From NCBI GenBank assembly GCA_051362555.1, contig CM120643.1, positions 8,432,001-8,496,000 of the forward strand: 64,000 bases of DNA. The letters run 5' to 3'. The notes beneath the pieces were generated by a model. That model was given only the letters and a program-made list of their open reading frames with translations. It had not been told where the DNA came from and ran no database searches. The stretch's first letter is position 1. Every line of letters starts with the position of its first letter. The translations under genes and the position numbers were made by a program. Shown one piece after another: positions 39,321 to 52,579 of the stretch. The stretch is from Lingula anatina (lineage: Eukaryota > Animalia > Brachiopoda).

Positions 39321-40799
39321 CTAAAACTCTGCTTCTGTCTCCCTCCATGTGTCTCTGATAGTGCCCCGCCCCGAGTCGCCTCCCGGTTTCGTCGAACCAT
39401 AGACTGGCTCCTTGAAATACTTTGCGCTGATAAACGTTTCCTCGTCCTCCTGGATCTCCTTGAGTTCTGCGTAAGATGGCGTCCGGGCACCGATGTTGTA
39501 TATCCTGTTAAAAAAGAAGCATAAATGATCAAAATGCGAATCGTGTATTTATCACATTTTTAAGTAAGTTGTACCATCAGTGATCTTTTTGTTCCATGCC
39601 AACAAATTAAACTACGCCGTGCGAAGCCATTTTTTCTACTTTTAAGTTATTCAAATGTATGATTTCAATTAACATTAATTTTTTACGTGCCTGAACGAAA
39701 GTATTAGAAATATACTAAGTATTTTAGCTAATTTATGAATGTATAAATGTATACATTCACAAAGAAAGTCCATGGTTCATAACAATGCAATAAAAAAAGG
39801 AAAAATTAAGAAAACATACACAAGAATAAGAAACGCCACCATAAACACGCCCGCTATACTGAAGAAGACAATTCCCTTGTAGATCGCCACAGTAGCGGAG
39901 TAGATAGAGTTGAAGATCACGTTGGCTAGAAGGGAACAGAGCGTCTCAATAGATGATACGCTGGCAAACAGTGTTCCTGTAAAATAGACATGGATGTGCT
40001 CACATTTGGCCATTTTCCTCATAATTATCAAATTTATATCAAGTTTGCAATCCGAGGGTTGGATAAATAATTCTTTGCATCATAGTTGAATAAAACCACT
40101 AGTGAATAAGAATAAAGGAATATTAAAAGACATATGTGAACATATATATAAAACAAAATTAACTAAAATGCAAGGTTAAAAATGAAAGCAAATTCTATCA
40201 GTAATATTGTTTTATTTTTTAATTGCTGTTTATGTTTAAATGATCTTAGATTACTAGCAACTAATACATTTTAGAATCTTAAAGATTCATGCTGCGTTGT
40301 CTTTGAATAATACACGAAAAGTTTTTTAGCATTACTTAAAGGGATAATAACTCTTCGTGTGAGATCTATATTTCACAATAAAAATATTGTGAAGAACTCA
40401 TAGAAATATAATATATTCTGTTTTACCACAAAAACGGCAGTTATAGTTATAGTGGTTATTCTGATATCTGAGCTTGTCTTTAGACCACGTGACCTCCATT
40501 GATGGCTATAATCTGTTAAATCTCTTAAGAGATTTTAACAAAAACCAAACTTTTTAGAAAAAAAACAGGGACTAACTTTGAATGTAAAAATGGATTCATT
40601 AACCATCGGTAAGTATGGGGAAATTGTTGTTTACTCCAGGAAAATTCATTATTCGGCCGAAACGAAGAGTTGTTATCCCTTTAAAGATTTCTCGCTTTTT
40701 GACACATTAGACATCTAATCTAAAAAAAAAAAAATAAATAAATAAATCCAACAATGCACTTGATTTGAAGTACTCGTTTTAAAACATTTTCAAAAATAA

Positions 40800-40850
<51 letters not shown>

Positions 40851-42656
40851 GATGATATATAATGACATAATGATAAATATAATATATAACCGTATTGAGA
40901 CATAGCTATAGGTGAATGTGTTCTTCACGATTGATAAGGCATCAACATAGAAGATATAATATAAAATATACCCATACCTTGTTCTTTGGGATCCACGGCT
41001 TTGGACATCATAGCTCGAATCATAGGTACGATCAGAAGTGCTAACATGCCAACTACGGTAACTAAAATATAGAAAGAAAACAGATGGTTATCTTATCGTA
41101 GCAACTTAACTTTAAACTTTAGAGCCCCTCCTGAAACTCACATATTTTTCAAAAAATTGGCCCATGGCAGTACCATAAGGTATATTCTTTCGTTTATTTT
41201 GAATATCAGAATTGTGCCTTACAAATATATAATACAGTATTATATCGTACATCCCCAAAACACATTTTTAAGCCCAGTAAAAAAATAACAACACCACAAA
41301 ACGGTAAGACTGAAAGCATGTGCGAGGAAGGTACCACGATTCAAATAACTTGGGAAGTATGAAGAAGATCACTGGCCCTTCCAGCGCTTAAAACAATTTA
41401 ATTAAAAGTCAAATTAAGAAAAACAAGAAACAAAGTAGAAATCCAATACCTAGAAACATCATGTAAGTTTTTGTGGCAAATCCTTCCAAGATTTTGGCGG
41501 CAACCGCACTCATTATGCCCATCATGGCTATACCGGCATCTGGAACACCGCACCTCTGCATTGAGAACAGTCCGCCGACACCCCCAATAGCCATAAACAG
41601 CGTCACACAGGCAAGGTAAATCCCTACTAGAACAGACGTCCAACAGAGAGGCTCTGAAATCTGGTACAGGATCTCTATGGTGTTCACCTGTACCGATTGC
41701 GCGGTTGCTACGAACAAGAGCGTGACGAAGAGCACGCGGAGTCGCCACGCTCTCTGCGGGTCGCTTTTCTTGGGAAGATAAACGGTGAAGACATCGGTGA
41801 AGTTCCTCTTATCCAATAACCGAGCAGAGGGGTCCTTGATGACTGTCTCGGGGATGAAGAAAAACGCGTACAGCCCAGCTACGAAAAACATTACAGTAAT
41901 GGCAACGGTCTGCCACAGAAAGTTAGGACTGGCGTGGATCCAGTACCCAACCCCTACTTCCCCCAATGCGGCTCCGAACATCAGCATGCCATCTATGACG
42001 AAGATTCTGAATGCCCGCTGATCCTCGGTGGTTGTGTCAGCTACATAAGCCATCGAACCTAACAGCAATGTGGTGTAACCGCCAAAACACCCCGACACAA
42101 AGTTACTGATCAACATATAATACAGTTGGAGGTCTAAAAATATGATGATGGCATTAATACCGAGAGCCAGTGCTCCGCCTATACAGGGTAAGAGAATGCA
42201 TGGAACCCGTCCTGCTTTATCACTATGTGCTCCAAAGATGATGGTGGCGATCACGCTTGGGAACATAGTGGCAATGCCTAGATACATGTTCCATCTGGCG
42301 GCTTCTTGCTGGATGAGCTGCTCTAAGTTGACACCACTGTCGTTGGTGGGGACTCCGCAATGGGATCGGTGGCTGTGATTGGAGAACGACTCGTTTGGGA
42401 AAAGAGGAGCGTACCTTTCAGCGACTCTTTGGTACATGTATAGTGTCGTCAATGGGCCACAAGCAGAGCCTGCCAGGAAGTACAATAACACAGCTGGTTC
42501 CACGATGACCTTTCTCTTTGGGATAACTCTGGGACCGGCTATTGCAGGACTGATATCCTCTTTATATGTTCCCTTCCTTCTTTCCTCCTCCACCGACCTG
42601 TGAAACCGGTCGGAATATTCCAACGCGGCCAGGAGTGGTTCCACATCTTGCATCAT
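39321..42656 (-). CDS. SLC46-family MFS transporter, paralog B2
   Basis: Exons 42656-41450, 41061-40978, 39976-39820 and 39504-39321. The exon-1 translation differs from B1 only by V>M (AMVGI/AMMGI). Confidence 0.92.
40340..40680. mobile_element. Kolobok-like MITE in a B2 intron
   Basis: Duplicate of 29990-30330 with TTAA flanks. Confidence 0.8.
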
Positions 42657-45600
42657 GGTGAAGCCTTTCTATGTCGTGGTTTCTCGTAGTACTGTCAATG
42701 CAAAAAGTAGAAAACAACGTCTCAGTAACTCGATTTTCAAATCAAATATAAGCAATATATTGAAGTAATATGTGCGTTACGTGACTGGCCAAAGATAGAT
42801 ACAATGGCGAGCATAAGCATGAGATCTAAATGACACTGCCAACCTTACTGCAAAATGGGACTCCATTGTTCCTAATGAAAAAAACTAATTGACTCCTTGA
42901 CGTCCTGTTAAATATCTTACATTTATTTGATATGATATATGGCAGGATATGAAGGGCTGGCATTGACAATCTATGCCTATATATGTTGGGAGTCGCCATC
43001 CCCAATTAAAACAACAAATTCAATGGCGACAACTGAACACGATACGCAACATCAGACAAAACCAATTATGTTGCATCTGTTACTTGATTGAACTTAATAA
43101 TTTTGCTCGATTTATGTATGTAAGAAAATATTCAAGCACTTAAAAATATCTGCTATTTGTGTGCACTCGTACGGAGCACATGCAAGTAAAGATATAAAAC
43201 AAAGTAAAAATAAATTAATACGTTTGGAGATAAAATTGAAAACAACACCCATTAAATCAGTTAAGTGGCCATGATGTATTTACCCAATACTATTGTGCAC
43301 AAATCGCACGGTGAACCTGAAAATGAAATAAATAATTTAAGTGTTTACCTGTATTCAGTTTAATTCCTGCTTTCCCTTCCTGTGTGTCGACTGAATCAGC
43401 GAGACTTGTCGAACATTCCGGGTGTCTATAAACTGAGGTTATGTTTACAAACTGCAGATACACAGACTATCACCCTGATTATAAAGCTAATCTTTCGACC
43501 CCAGATTTTGCCGATAGCATGGAATCTGAAGCGTTCAAGCCACCATTGGCGGAGAACGTCTGCGCATGCGCGGTGTAGTTCAGTCAATGTGCCGAGCGAA
43601 ATTTAAAAAGAAGTTTTAGTGGAAACGTTGTCAGTTTTATTTTCTTTTTTACATCACTGGCTATAAAAGCCAGTCAAAATATGTTTCACGCAAAGTATGC
43701 CTTGAAGGCCTAGGGGAGAGCACATGTCCAATCTTTACTCGTGGTTCGAAAAAGGGAGCGGCTTACAGAATTAAAATAACAACGTGAGACCTAAAAACAT
43801 TTTTCAAAATAATGAACAACGAACTCTCACAAGTCCAATATTTTTTATCATTTTGAAGAGTAACAGCATTTATATTATATTTACCGAAAAAGGGTTCATT
43901 TTGCATTCGTACCTGCGCAAAGGTTGATACGTAGACGCGTGACTCGAATTCCATGGTATAATGAAAAGAATCAGTGTGATATTCAGGGTGGCAATTATCA
44001 GAACATGTATATGTAAATAGAGAATGATAAGAACAATTTCACCATGTCACTGTCATATGATGGATATCACATTTTGCAAATAATCTCGATTAATAATCCA
44101 TATCAGAGACGGGAAATGATTTTAAACTCTCACAGCCATTGTCAATTCCTACTGTGTACCTACATTGTAAAAAAAATCAAACAATTTTAAGAACGCAAAA
44201 ATGCATTTGAATGCACATGTATTTCACCTAAAAATACAAATATCAAAATGGTGAAATTGAGTGTTTTGGAGATTATGGTGGCATAGTGATTTGAAGACTT
44301 TGGTGGAATTACTGGCGCGATTTTCAACATGAAAACAGATTTTGGTCACGCTTTCGAGTCCAATATCGAGCATTTTAATTCCTCATACACTGCACACTAC
44401 ACCAATATGCTTTGTATCATTTTTTATTTTCACTTTTGACAATTAAAATGTGTTACAATCTAACGCCAAAGCAAACCTTTTTTGCGTGATCTCAATTTTT
44501 GAATTTTCTTAACACTCACCAGGTTTAAATTATTCAAAACTCACTTTATTTTCATTTATGTTGGCCCTTAAATCGTTTTAAAATTTTATCCTTCCCATAT
44601 AAAGTTGTCGTGAATTAGAGAGACTGCCTAACTGCAATACGATATATACACTTTTACATGTATATACTATCAAAAAGACTCTAAATCCCCCTATCCAAAA
44701 TTATTTACAAATCGTTTTCACCTAAAGTAATACAGCCTTCTTCATGTGATATTAAAAATAATGCTGTTTTGTCTTTTTATAGAGTGGGACCCGTAACAAG
44801 AACTGAAAAATAATCAAAAGTGCGCCTTAGGTTGTAAAATAAGACCACTAAGCCATTTAGTACATGGATCAAACGATGACGTCTCAGCAAGATTTGACAA
44901 TTCATTCAACTGGTTCAAGGCATTTCGTTATAAATTAAAAGTCTTGATTTAAAGCTAAGCAATCTCTATCAACACACACACGCACACAAAAAATCGAAAA
45001 ATAAAATGATCATTTTCATCATAATGCTTATAAAGGTTTTAAAATTCATGAAGAGTGCAGTTCAGTCTAAAAAAATGATAAAACATTTCACTGCATGGCG
45101 TTCATTTTCTTTAATCTGCAATCGAAAATAAGCCGAGTTTCGAAAAGCACGATTAAACATTAAAAGGAAGCACCTGAGACCCGAAATAAAGTTTAATTTA
45201 ACAACCTTTGCGACGTCTTATCTTTCACTTAAACTTTATTTTCGGGATGGGATGATATATATACAGTGAGAGTAGAAGTAGTATTACACATATCCTACTG
45301 CGCGGATAAAATGAAACTGGCAGCCTAGTGGTCGTAGAAAGGAGGCACAAGCATCCCTTTGGTTGCAAAATCAATGCTAAATAATTGGCCATTTGGCGGA
45401 ACGTAAAGTATTTTTTTTTTTACTCTAAAACGGCGCCGCACTATAGGACGCAGAAATGTCGCCGTCCTGTGTAAAGGGGGCTTTAGATAGATGGGCAACA
45501 GTGGAGAAGTTCGGGACTACAGTTCACATAGCAATCTGACCAAGGGTCTGTGTCACAAAAATAAAAATACTTAATCCACAAAAATGTTGGTCTATTTTGA

Positions 45601-45826
45601 ATCAAAATAAATCGGTATTAGTCGGATCAATTGTAATGCTGTGCCAGTTTTACGGCAAGAAAAAACACGATTAACGTTTCAGACCAACACCTACTCGTTT
45701 TATTTACGTGCACTATTTTGGATTTATCTTGAAGTGATATACCCCATGTCTTCTCATCTCAAAAAGTTCATACCATTTTCATGGCTAATGTTCTTTTGTG
45801 AAGCCAGCCCCCATGCTTCACAGCTA

Positions 45827-48800
45827 CTATGAAACATTCGATTCATTCTCGTTGCTTTCAACCAGTTCTCCTGGGTGTACAGGATCCTCTGCTACACTGC
45901 TGTACGCACTGCTAGACTGGCAGGAACTGTATGAGCGCTTCAATACGTCTCCTATCTTCAAACTCTCCCTACCGGGTCTTCGCCGCCTGCTGTAGATGAC
46001 ATGAACGCTGGAAGAGAAACAGTACAGCAGCAGTCACATTTTGTCTACGTCTTCTTCACTTCTTGCTCCAGAATTTTACAAAGAGTTGTTTATTTATTTA
46101 TTGGTCCTTGCACTACGGAATGGTATATTTGAATTTGGATGTGTAAAGAGTGCATGGATAAAAGTACTGGGTAAACAATGTATGGATATATGAACCAAGA
46201 ACAATCTAACAAAGAAACTGATCACTGCGGGTTCAAATATACCTTATTGTATAATGTTGCTATATTTGGCCTTGTATTGTGAGTCCTTTCTTTTAACTCA
46301 TCAGCATAATGACTACAGGGGGAGGACAGGACACGGTAGAAAAGGGGCCATTTTATCGTCATATCCTGAGACTGCCAGTGAAGACAATCAAAGTACAGGT
46401 ATACTCACCACAACAACAGAAACCCCATGCATAAGTATGCGGCCACCGCGAGGAACACGGCCCCGTTAAAGATGTCAACAGTGGCCGAGTACACGGGATA
46501 AAATGTCACACTGGACAGCAAAGCACATAAAGTCTCTACAGCAGCTACGCTGGCAAAGAGAGCTCCTGGAACCAAAGACATATATTAAAGTTACCTTGTA
46601 TCAGGGCCACACTGATTTTTCACTAGATATGAACATATATGTCTTAGGTTAAATAGATGGCTTATTTCTGTAACTCAGCAAAAATGTCCGCAGAATAAAA
46701 ATTGCGTCACTGGTGGAGGGTATAATAAGGTAGTGAACAGGCTTCATGTATCATGTGGTTTAATTAAAGAAGCACTGACCAACGTTGAACCATTTTTGTA
46801 GTGAATTTCAATGAATGGACCTGAGTGATATTGACAGTGTACCTTTGGTCATTATAGACCAACCTTTTCGCTATGCGAAGTACCGTGTACAACCACTCAT
46901 CAAGGTTCTGGCCGGGGCTGCCACAAAACGACCGAGAGTAAGTGTAATTTTCAAAACCGAAATATCTTAGTCGAAGTCAATTCAGGATAGAGACAAGATA
47001 AACATAAAGTGGCAATTGATCTAACACATTTAACGCTGTACATGTAACGCGTGCAATGGCTTATTTTTGTGGAATATTTCTAATCTAATACAGTATACAA
47101 AATTGACGTATGAGCGATACAAAATTGTTTAACAGACCACTAGCGCACCCTGTGGTCAGAGAGTAAGTGAGGTATACCTTGCTTCTTTGGGTGAACGGTC
47201 TTTGACATCTGGGCCCGTATCATAGGAATAATTAGTAGTGCCAGCATGCCCAGAACTGAACCTGGAAATTATTAATTGCTGTAAGTAATTGGTGGTGATG
47301 TGTAATATTTAAGGGTGAAATAGTCACGATTACCAACAAAATTAAGAACTTAATTTGAATTAAGAACAAACATTATGAGGGGTATTGCAATTATACAAAT
47401 TTAAGGCATGCAATGCAAGCTCTTTTTCGTGTCATCATTCATGTCATTGATTCTAACTAAGATATAAGGGCAGCAAAAAAAATACAGTTCGCCAACATGA
47501 TTCCTTATTATAATTTTAAATTGATCGCTACGTTCCTGAAACACATGCAAAACATTTTGAATAATAGAATATAACAGAAAATTAGTCGATTGTTGTTAAC
47601 ATTACACAGACCTTACTAACTGAAAACCGAGTATTTTACACATACTTACTCACAAACATAAGTTCGGTTTTGTTGGCAAACGCTTGAAGTACACTTGCTG
47701 CCATTACGCTTACTAACGCAACTAATGCTATACCAATATCAGACATCTTCCACCAATGTTGCATGACAAATAGTCCCAGCGCTGCTCCAAATGCCATCAA
47801 AACCATGGTACTGGCCAAGAATGTGCCAAGCAGTTCGGCATCCCAGCAAAAAGGTCGGTTCAACACGTAGAAGATTTCAATGGAAATGATCGGCGGAGAT
47901 AGCACCATGGCAACGAAGAGAAGAGATGCAAAGAGAATACGGAGTTTCCATTTTCTGCGACCCGTAGTTCCGTTGCCGCCGGTTGTCACGCTGTTCTCTG
48001 TGGTGTATATAGATACCACGGATGCTATATTTTTGACAGAGAAAAGCTTCGCCGTTGGCTCTTGTTTTACGGTTTCGGGCACAAATAGCACCACATATAT
48101 TGCAGTCACGGTTAACAACGCTCCAATGACAAGGGCCTTGGAAAAGAAAGCGGTATCACTTTGATTATCTAGAGCTATCCAGTAGTCCACGCTGACCACT
48201 CCAATAGCAAAGCCTAAAAGTACCAAGCAGTCAAGAACCAAGATCCTAAATCCCCTTTGTCCATCTGTAGTGGTGTCCGCCGTGTAGGCGATGGCACCAA
48301 GGAAAAGAATGGTGTAGCCACCGAGGGAACCACCCAGAACATTGCTAATCAGAAGATACTCTAATGGTAGATCTAGTTGGACGATTAAGGCGGTGATGCC
48401 CAGGTACAGGACTCCACTGAAACAAGGGAGGAGCAAATAAGGTTTTCTGCCCGCCCTGTCACTATGCGCACCAAAAACAACGGTTGAAATGACGCTCGGT
48501 ATCATGTATGCAATGGTGAGGTACATGTTCCACATTGCCGCATTTTCCTGAATCAACCTGTCGTTCGTCGTCTGGTTTTTGTCACAAAGGGACACACTGG
48601 AAGAATTGCTGACGGTAACATTAACGTGAAAGCGTTCATAAACTTTTTTCTCCACGTAAAAAATCATCAGTGGACTGCAGGCTGCGGCGGCCATGAAATA
48701 AAGAAACACAACCGGTTCAACGATGATGCGTCTCTTGGGCTTGACAGGCGGTTGTGGTATTTCTTGGTCTTTCAGAGAATTCCGCGGGGACTGTAAGTGG

Positions 48801-48871
48801 CGCTGGGGAGGATCCATGAAACTGCTCTCGGTTTCTACAACGCCATCTGTCGATTGTTCTATTTGTTGCAT
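45827..48871 (-). CDS. SLC46-family MFS transporter, paralog C1
   Basis: Exons 48871-47650, 47261-47178, 46565-46409 and 46007-45827. Motifs VEPVVFLY, GAHSDRAGRK, YTADTT, RPFCW, PMIRAQMSK. Ends ...ESNENESNVS*. Confidence 0.88.
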
Positions 48872-51800
48872 CTTGGTGTCGGGAGGAATTATGCTGTTCT
48901 TGGTTCATCAATCAGTGCTCTATGTAGGTCGGTATTATTTGCGTCGGGTCGACTACAACATAATAAGAAGATAAAATAAATGCAATTATTCTGACATAAA
49001 AATTATTGCGGGCATTTTTGTGACACATTTCTTGTACGAAATAATCATAATGCATGTTATCTTACAGACACCTAGCGCCATTATTGTTTTTCGCGCTTAC
49101 TCAAATCAGGTCGTAGTTTTGCCCAATTAATGCTAGTTCTGATAGTTATGATCATTACAGATATGACCAATGTTTGAAATCGGTCTAATGATAAGAAGTT
49201 ATAATAATAAGGGAACTGGCGTACATAAAATTACATTTTATAAAAGCACATCGAGGAACGAGTGTCTTGTGGTGGTAGTATTATTGGTCTGCTATAGGGT
49301 CTACCTATAATTCAAAGAACCCTCTTGCTCTGTACCAGGGCCACAGTGAGATTTTTTTCACTAGATATTTGCTGATATATCTCTGGCAGCTGTACACTGG
49401 CTGTGCACATTTCTGTACTGTGAGGATTTTTGCTAAAAAATTATGCCATAACTCAGCTGGGTGAGTAAGCGCCAATGACCAGAGTTCAAGAATATTAACG
49501 TTGAGAGTCTATGTAATACCAGTAAACGATTTGAACAGATTAGGATATATCTTTAATCGGCAGTTGCAATACCACCAAAGGTAATTTGAAATGAGACAAT
49601 AAAATTGAACGCATATTAATCAGCCGATTAATCAGGATGGCTAATTTAATTCGGAACTGTGAACTCCAGTTTGTCTATACAGCAGTATGCCTATCTATTG
49701 TACATTAGATGTGTTGATATGATAGGGGTAAAGCATCCTCTTTCTTTTCTCTTTCTTTTCTTTTTTGATGTACATTCGAAGATATCAAACGAAACCAATC
49801 TATTTGTGCATCCTTTATAATTCTTTTTGAAACGTTCTCCTAATTTATGTAAATCCTACATTACAACCCCTTCACCATAGGTAATAAAATGGCTTACGAT
49901 GACTTCTAGTTTCTTTCAAATACGTAGCTGTGCTTGTTAAACAGCATGTAGAAATCATATACCATGTAAACTGGTCAGGTTAAAGAAGATCTTCGGTTAA
50001 TCGTATGTGGCAAAGGGTCATCTGAAATCGCCACAAAACGGAACAATCGAAACTTTTATTGTGAATACCAACACCGGTCGGCTGTGATGACAAGCAAAAT
50101 AACCATGGGAGCTTTAGTTCTGTACCATCGCTGTTTCTAATACCCACCTGTTTTGATCAGGCTCAAATGAAAAGTGTACCAATAATAAATCGATCTTCAT
50201 TTCTCAATACTTCCTAGTTTGCATTATTATATCATATTCTCACTTACCTGGTGTTTTTGTTTTCTGTAGTAAGCTATATCACTGGTATGTATATTATGTC
50301 CTATCGATGCCCAATGATCAGGAGAGATATTGCAACCCGCAGATAAACAGAAATGTTATCACCTAATTACTAAAGGGCACACCAGCATTGTTTGACTATA
50401 GTTCAATAACCCAAATAAAAGCCTCTTCATTGTTTTTTTATTTAATTCGTGGTTGGGTGGGGTTAATTCGTGCGTTTTGTGGTTAATATAGGCGTTAGTG
50501 CTGAAAGATCTGCGGGCAGTGTTAGTAAACGCCTAATCCGTTTATAAGGCCTGCATGGGGAAGGAGGGGATGACCGCTCCTCATTTAACCCCACTCATTT
50601 TACCCCACATTTTATGGCAGAAACATTTGTAACGTTCTATAGCAAATTACGGAGTCAAACCTTACACGTACCATAGTAATGGCAGCTCGTTGTTTCTGAG
50701 TATTTACCAATGCATGAGCACTATTCCTTAGTGAATTTCTATTAAATTGTAATGGAATACTTTTGAGTTTTCAAATAAGTAAGTTCTGTGTGTGTGTCTG
50801 TGTGTGTGTGTGTGTGTTCTTTAAATATTTTTGACGGGGTCTATGGGATCCAAACTTTTTTGGAGGAAAAATTGGACTCAACCATGTTTTTCGTCGTAAG
50901 ACATTAATCTGATTCTTGTGATGCATATTTTGAAACACTTCATTTCAAGTTAGTTTTCTCCGTAATAAGTGGAAATTCAATAGTATTATTTATTATTTTT
51001 TTTGCGTGATCCCTCTTTTTGAATTTTCTTAACACTTACCAGAATTAAATGATTCAAAACTCTCATTTTTTTCGTTTAATGTCGACTTTATTATCATTTT
51101 TAAGATTGTCGTGAATTAGAGAAAAACAAACGGCGATATGTACACTGCTATACAGTTTCAAAAATACTCTGAAACCCCCTATCCAATACTATTTACATGT
51201 ACAAATCGTTTTCACCTACATTTGTAAATTAATACAATCTTCTTAATTTGATATTAAAAATAATGCTGTTTTATCTTTTGATAGAGGGAGACCCGTTACA
51301 GGAACTGAAACATAATCAAAAGTGCGCCTACAGATGTCAAATAAAGAAACTACAAAGTCAAATAAGCCATTTAGGACATGGACAAAACGAGGGCGTCTCA
51401 GGAAGATTTTTACAATTTTCTTAACTGATTTAAGCCATTTCGTTATAAATTAAGTCTTGATTTAAAACCTAAGCAATTTCTAACAACACAACAACATCGA
51501 AAAATAAGATGATCACTATTATGATTATGACCATAAAGATTGACACTCGTGGAGAGAGTAGTTCAGTCCAAAGAAATGGTAAACATTAGACTGCATGGTG
51601 TTTATTTTCTTTAATCTGCAATCGAAAATAAGCCGAGTTTCGAACAGCACAATTGAACATTAAAAGGTAGCACCTGAGATCCGAAATAAAGCTTAATTTA
51701 ACAACCTTTGCAACGTTTTATCTTTCAGTTAAACTTTATTTTCGGGATTGGATGACAAATACAGTGAGAGTAGAGGTAGTATTACACATATCCTACTGCG

Positions 51801-52205
51801 CGGATAAAACCGTCTTTACACTGGAGGGTGTCCTTTCTGCGTCCTTTGTGCGACCATGAAACTGGCATCGCGGTGGTCGTTTCAAGGAGGCATAAGAATC
51901 GCTTTGGTTGCAAAATGAATGCTCAATGATCAGCCAGTTGTCGGCAAGTAAAGTATTTTTTTACTCTCAAACGGGGCCGTACTACGAGACGCAGAAAGGA
52001 GTAAGGGGGGTTAAACCGGCAACAGGGGAGAAGTCTGGAACTACAGATCACATAGCATTCTGATCAAGGGTCGAAAAAAATTTTGGTCTTCACGCCAAGT
52101 CTTTGCATTTTAAGACAAAAGTAACCGGTATTAGTCAGATCAATTGTAATGCTGTGCCAGTTTTACGGCAAGCAAAAACATGCTAAACATTTCAGACCAA
52201 CACCT

Positions 52206-52466
52206 GGCCTTATAAACGGATTAGGCATTTACTAACACTACCAGCACATCTTTTATCACTAACGCCCATATTAACCACAAAACACTCGAATTAACCAACA
52301 CACCGCACAATTATTTAGTTAGCCTCAACAAAACGATACCTAGCACTAACATTCATCCGCTATGGTAGTGCTGGTTAATTTGTGAGTATCTGGTTATTGT
52401 AGGTGTTAGTGTTAAAAGATCTGCGGGTAGTGTTAGTAAACGCCTTTCATTTATCCGTTTATAAGG
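52206..52466. mobile_element. Harbinger-like MITE downstream of C2; partial relative at ~50445-50551
   Basis: Inverted ends CCTTATAAACGGAT / ATCCGTTTATAAGG with internal ACTAAC/GTTAGT repeats. Absent at the C1 homologous site (~45690). Confidence 0.7.
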
Positions 52467-52579
52467 TAGAAATACTCATTTTATTTACGTGCACTACTTT
52501 GGATTTATCTTGGAGTGATATACCCCATATTTTCTCATCTCTAAAAGTTCAGACCCTTTTCATGGCTAATGTTCTTTTG

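Larger units (their letters stand above)
32651..42985. repeat. Third copy of the ~10.3-kb tandem A+B duplication unit (other copies ~13308-22144 and ~22145-32650)
   Basis: Near-identical to 22145-32650 across exons, introns and intergenic DNA. The junction at ~32650 fuses B-upstream sequence (cf. ~42975) to A-downstream sequence (cf. ~13308). Confidence 0.9.

Noticed and set aside
13308-42985. Whole array as an assembly artefact
   Set aside because: Unit 1 is diverged, has private insertions and deletions, and a defined novel junction exists. Only unit 2 versus unit 3 still needs a read-depth check.
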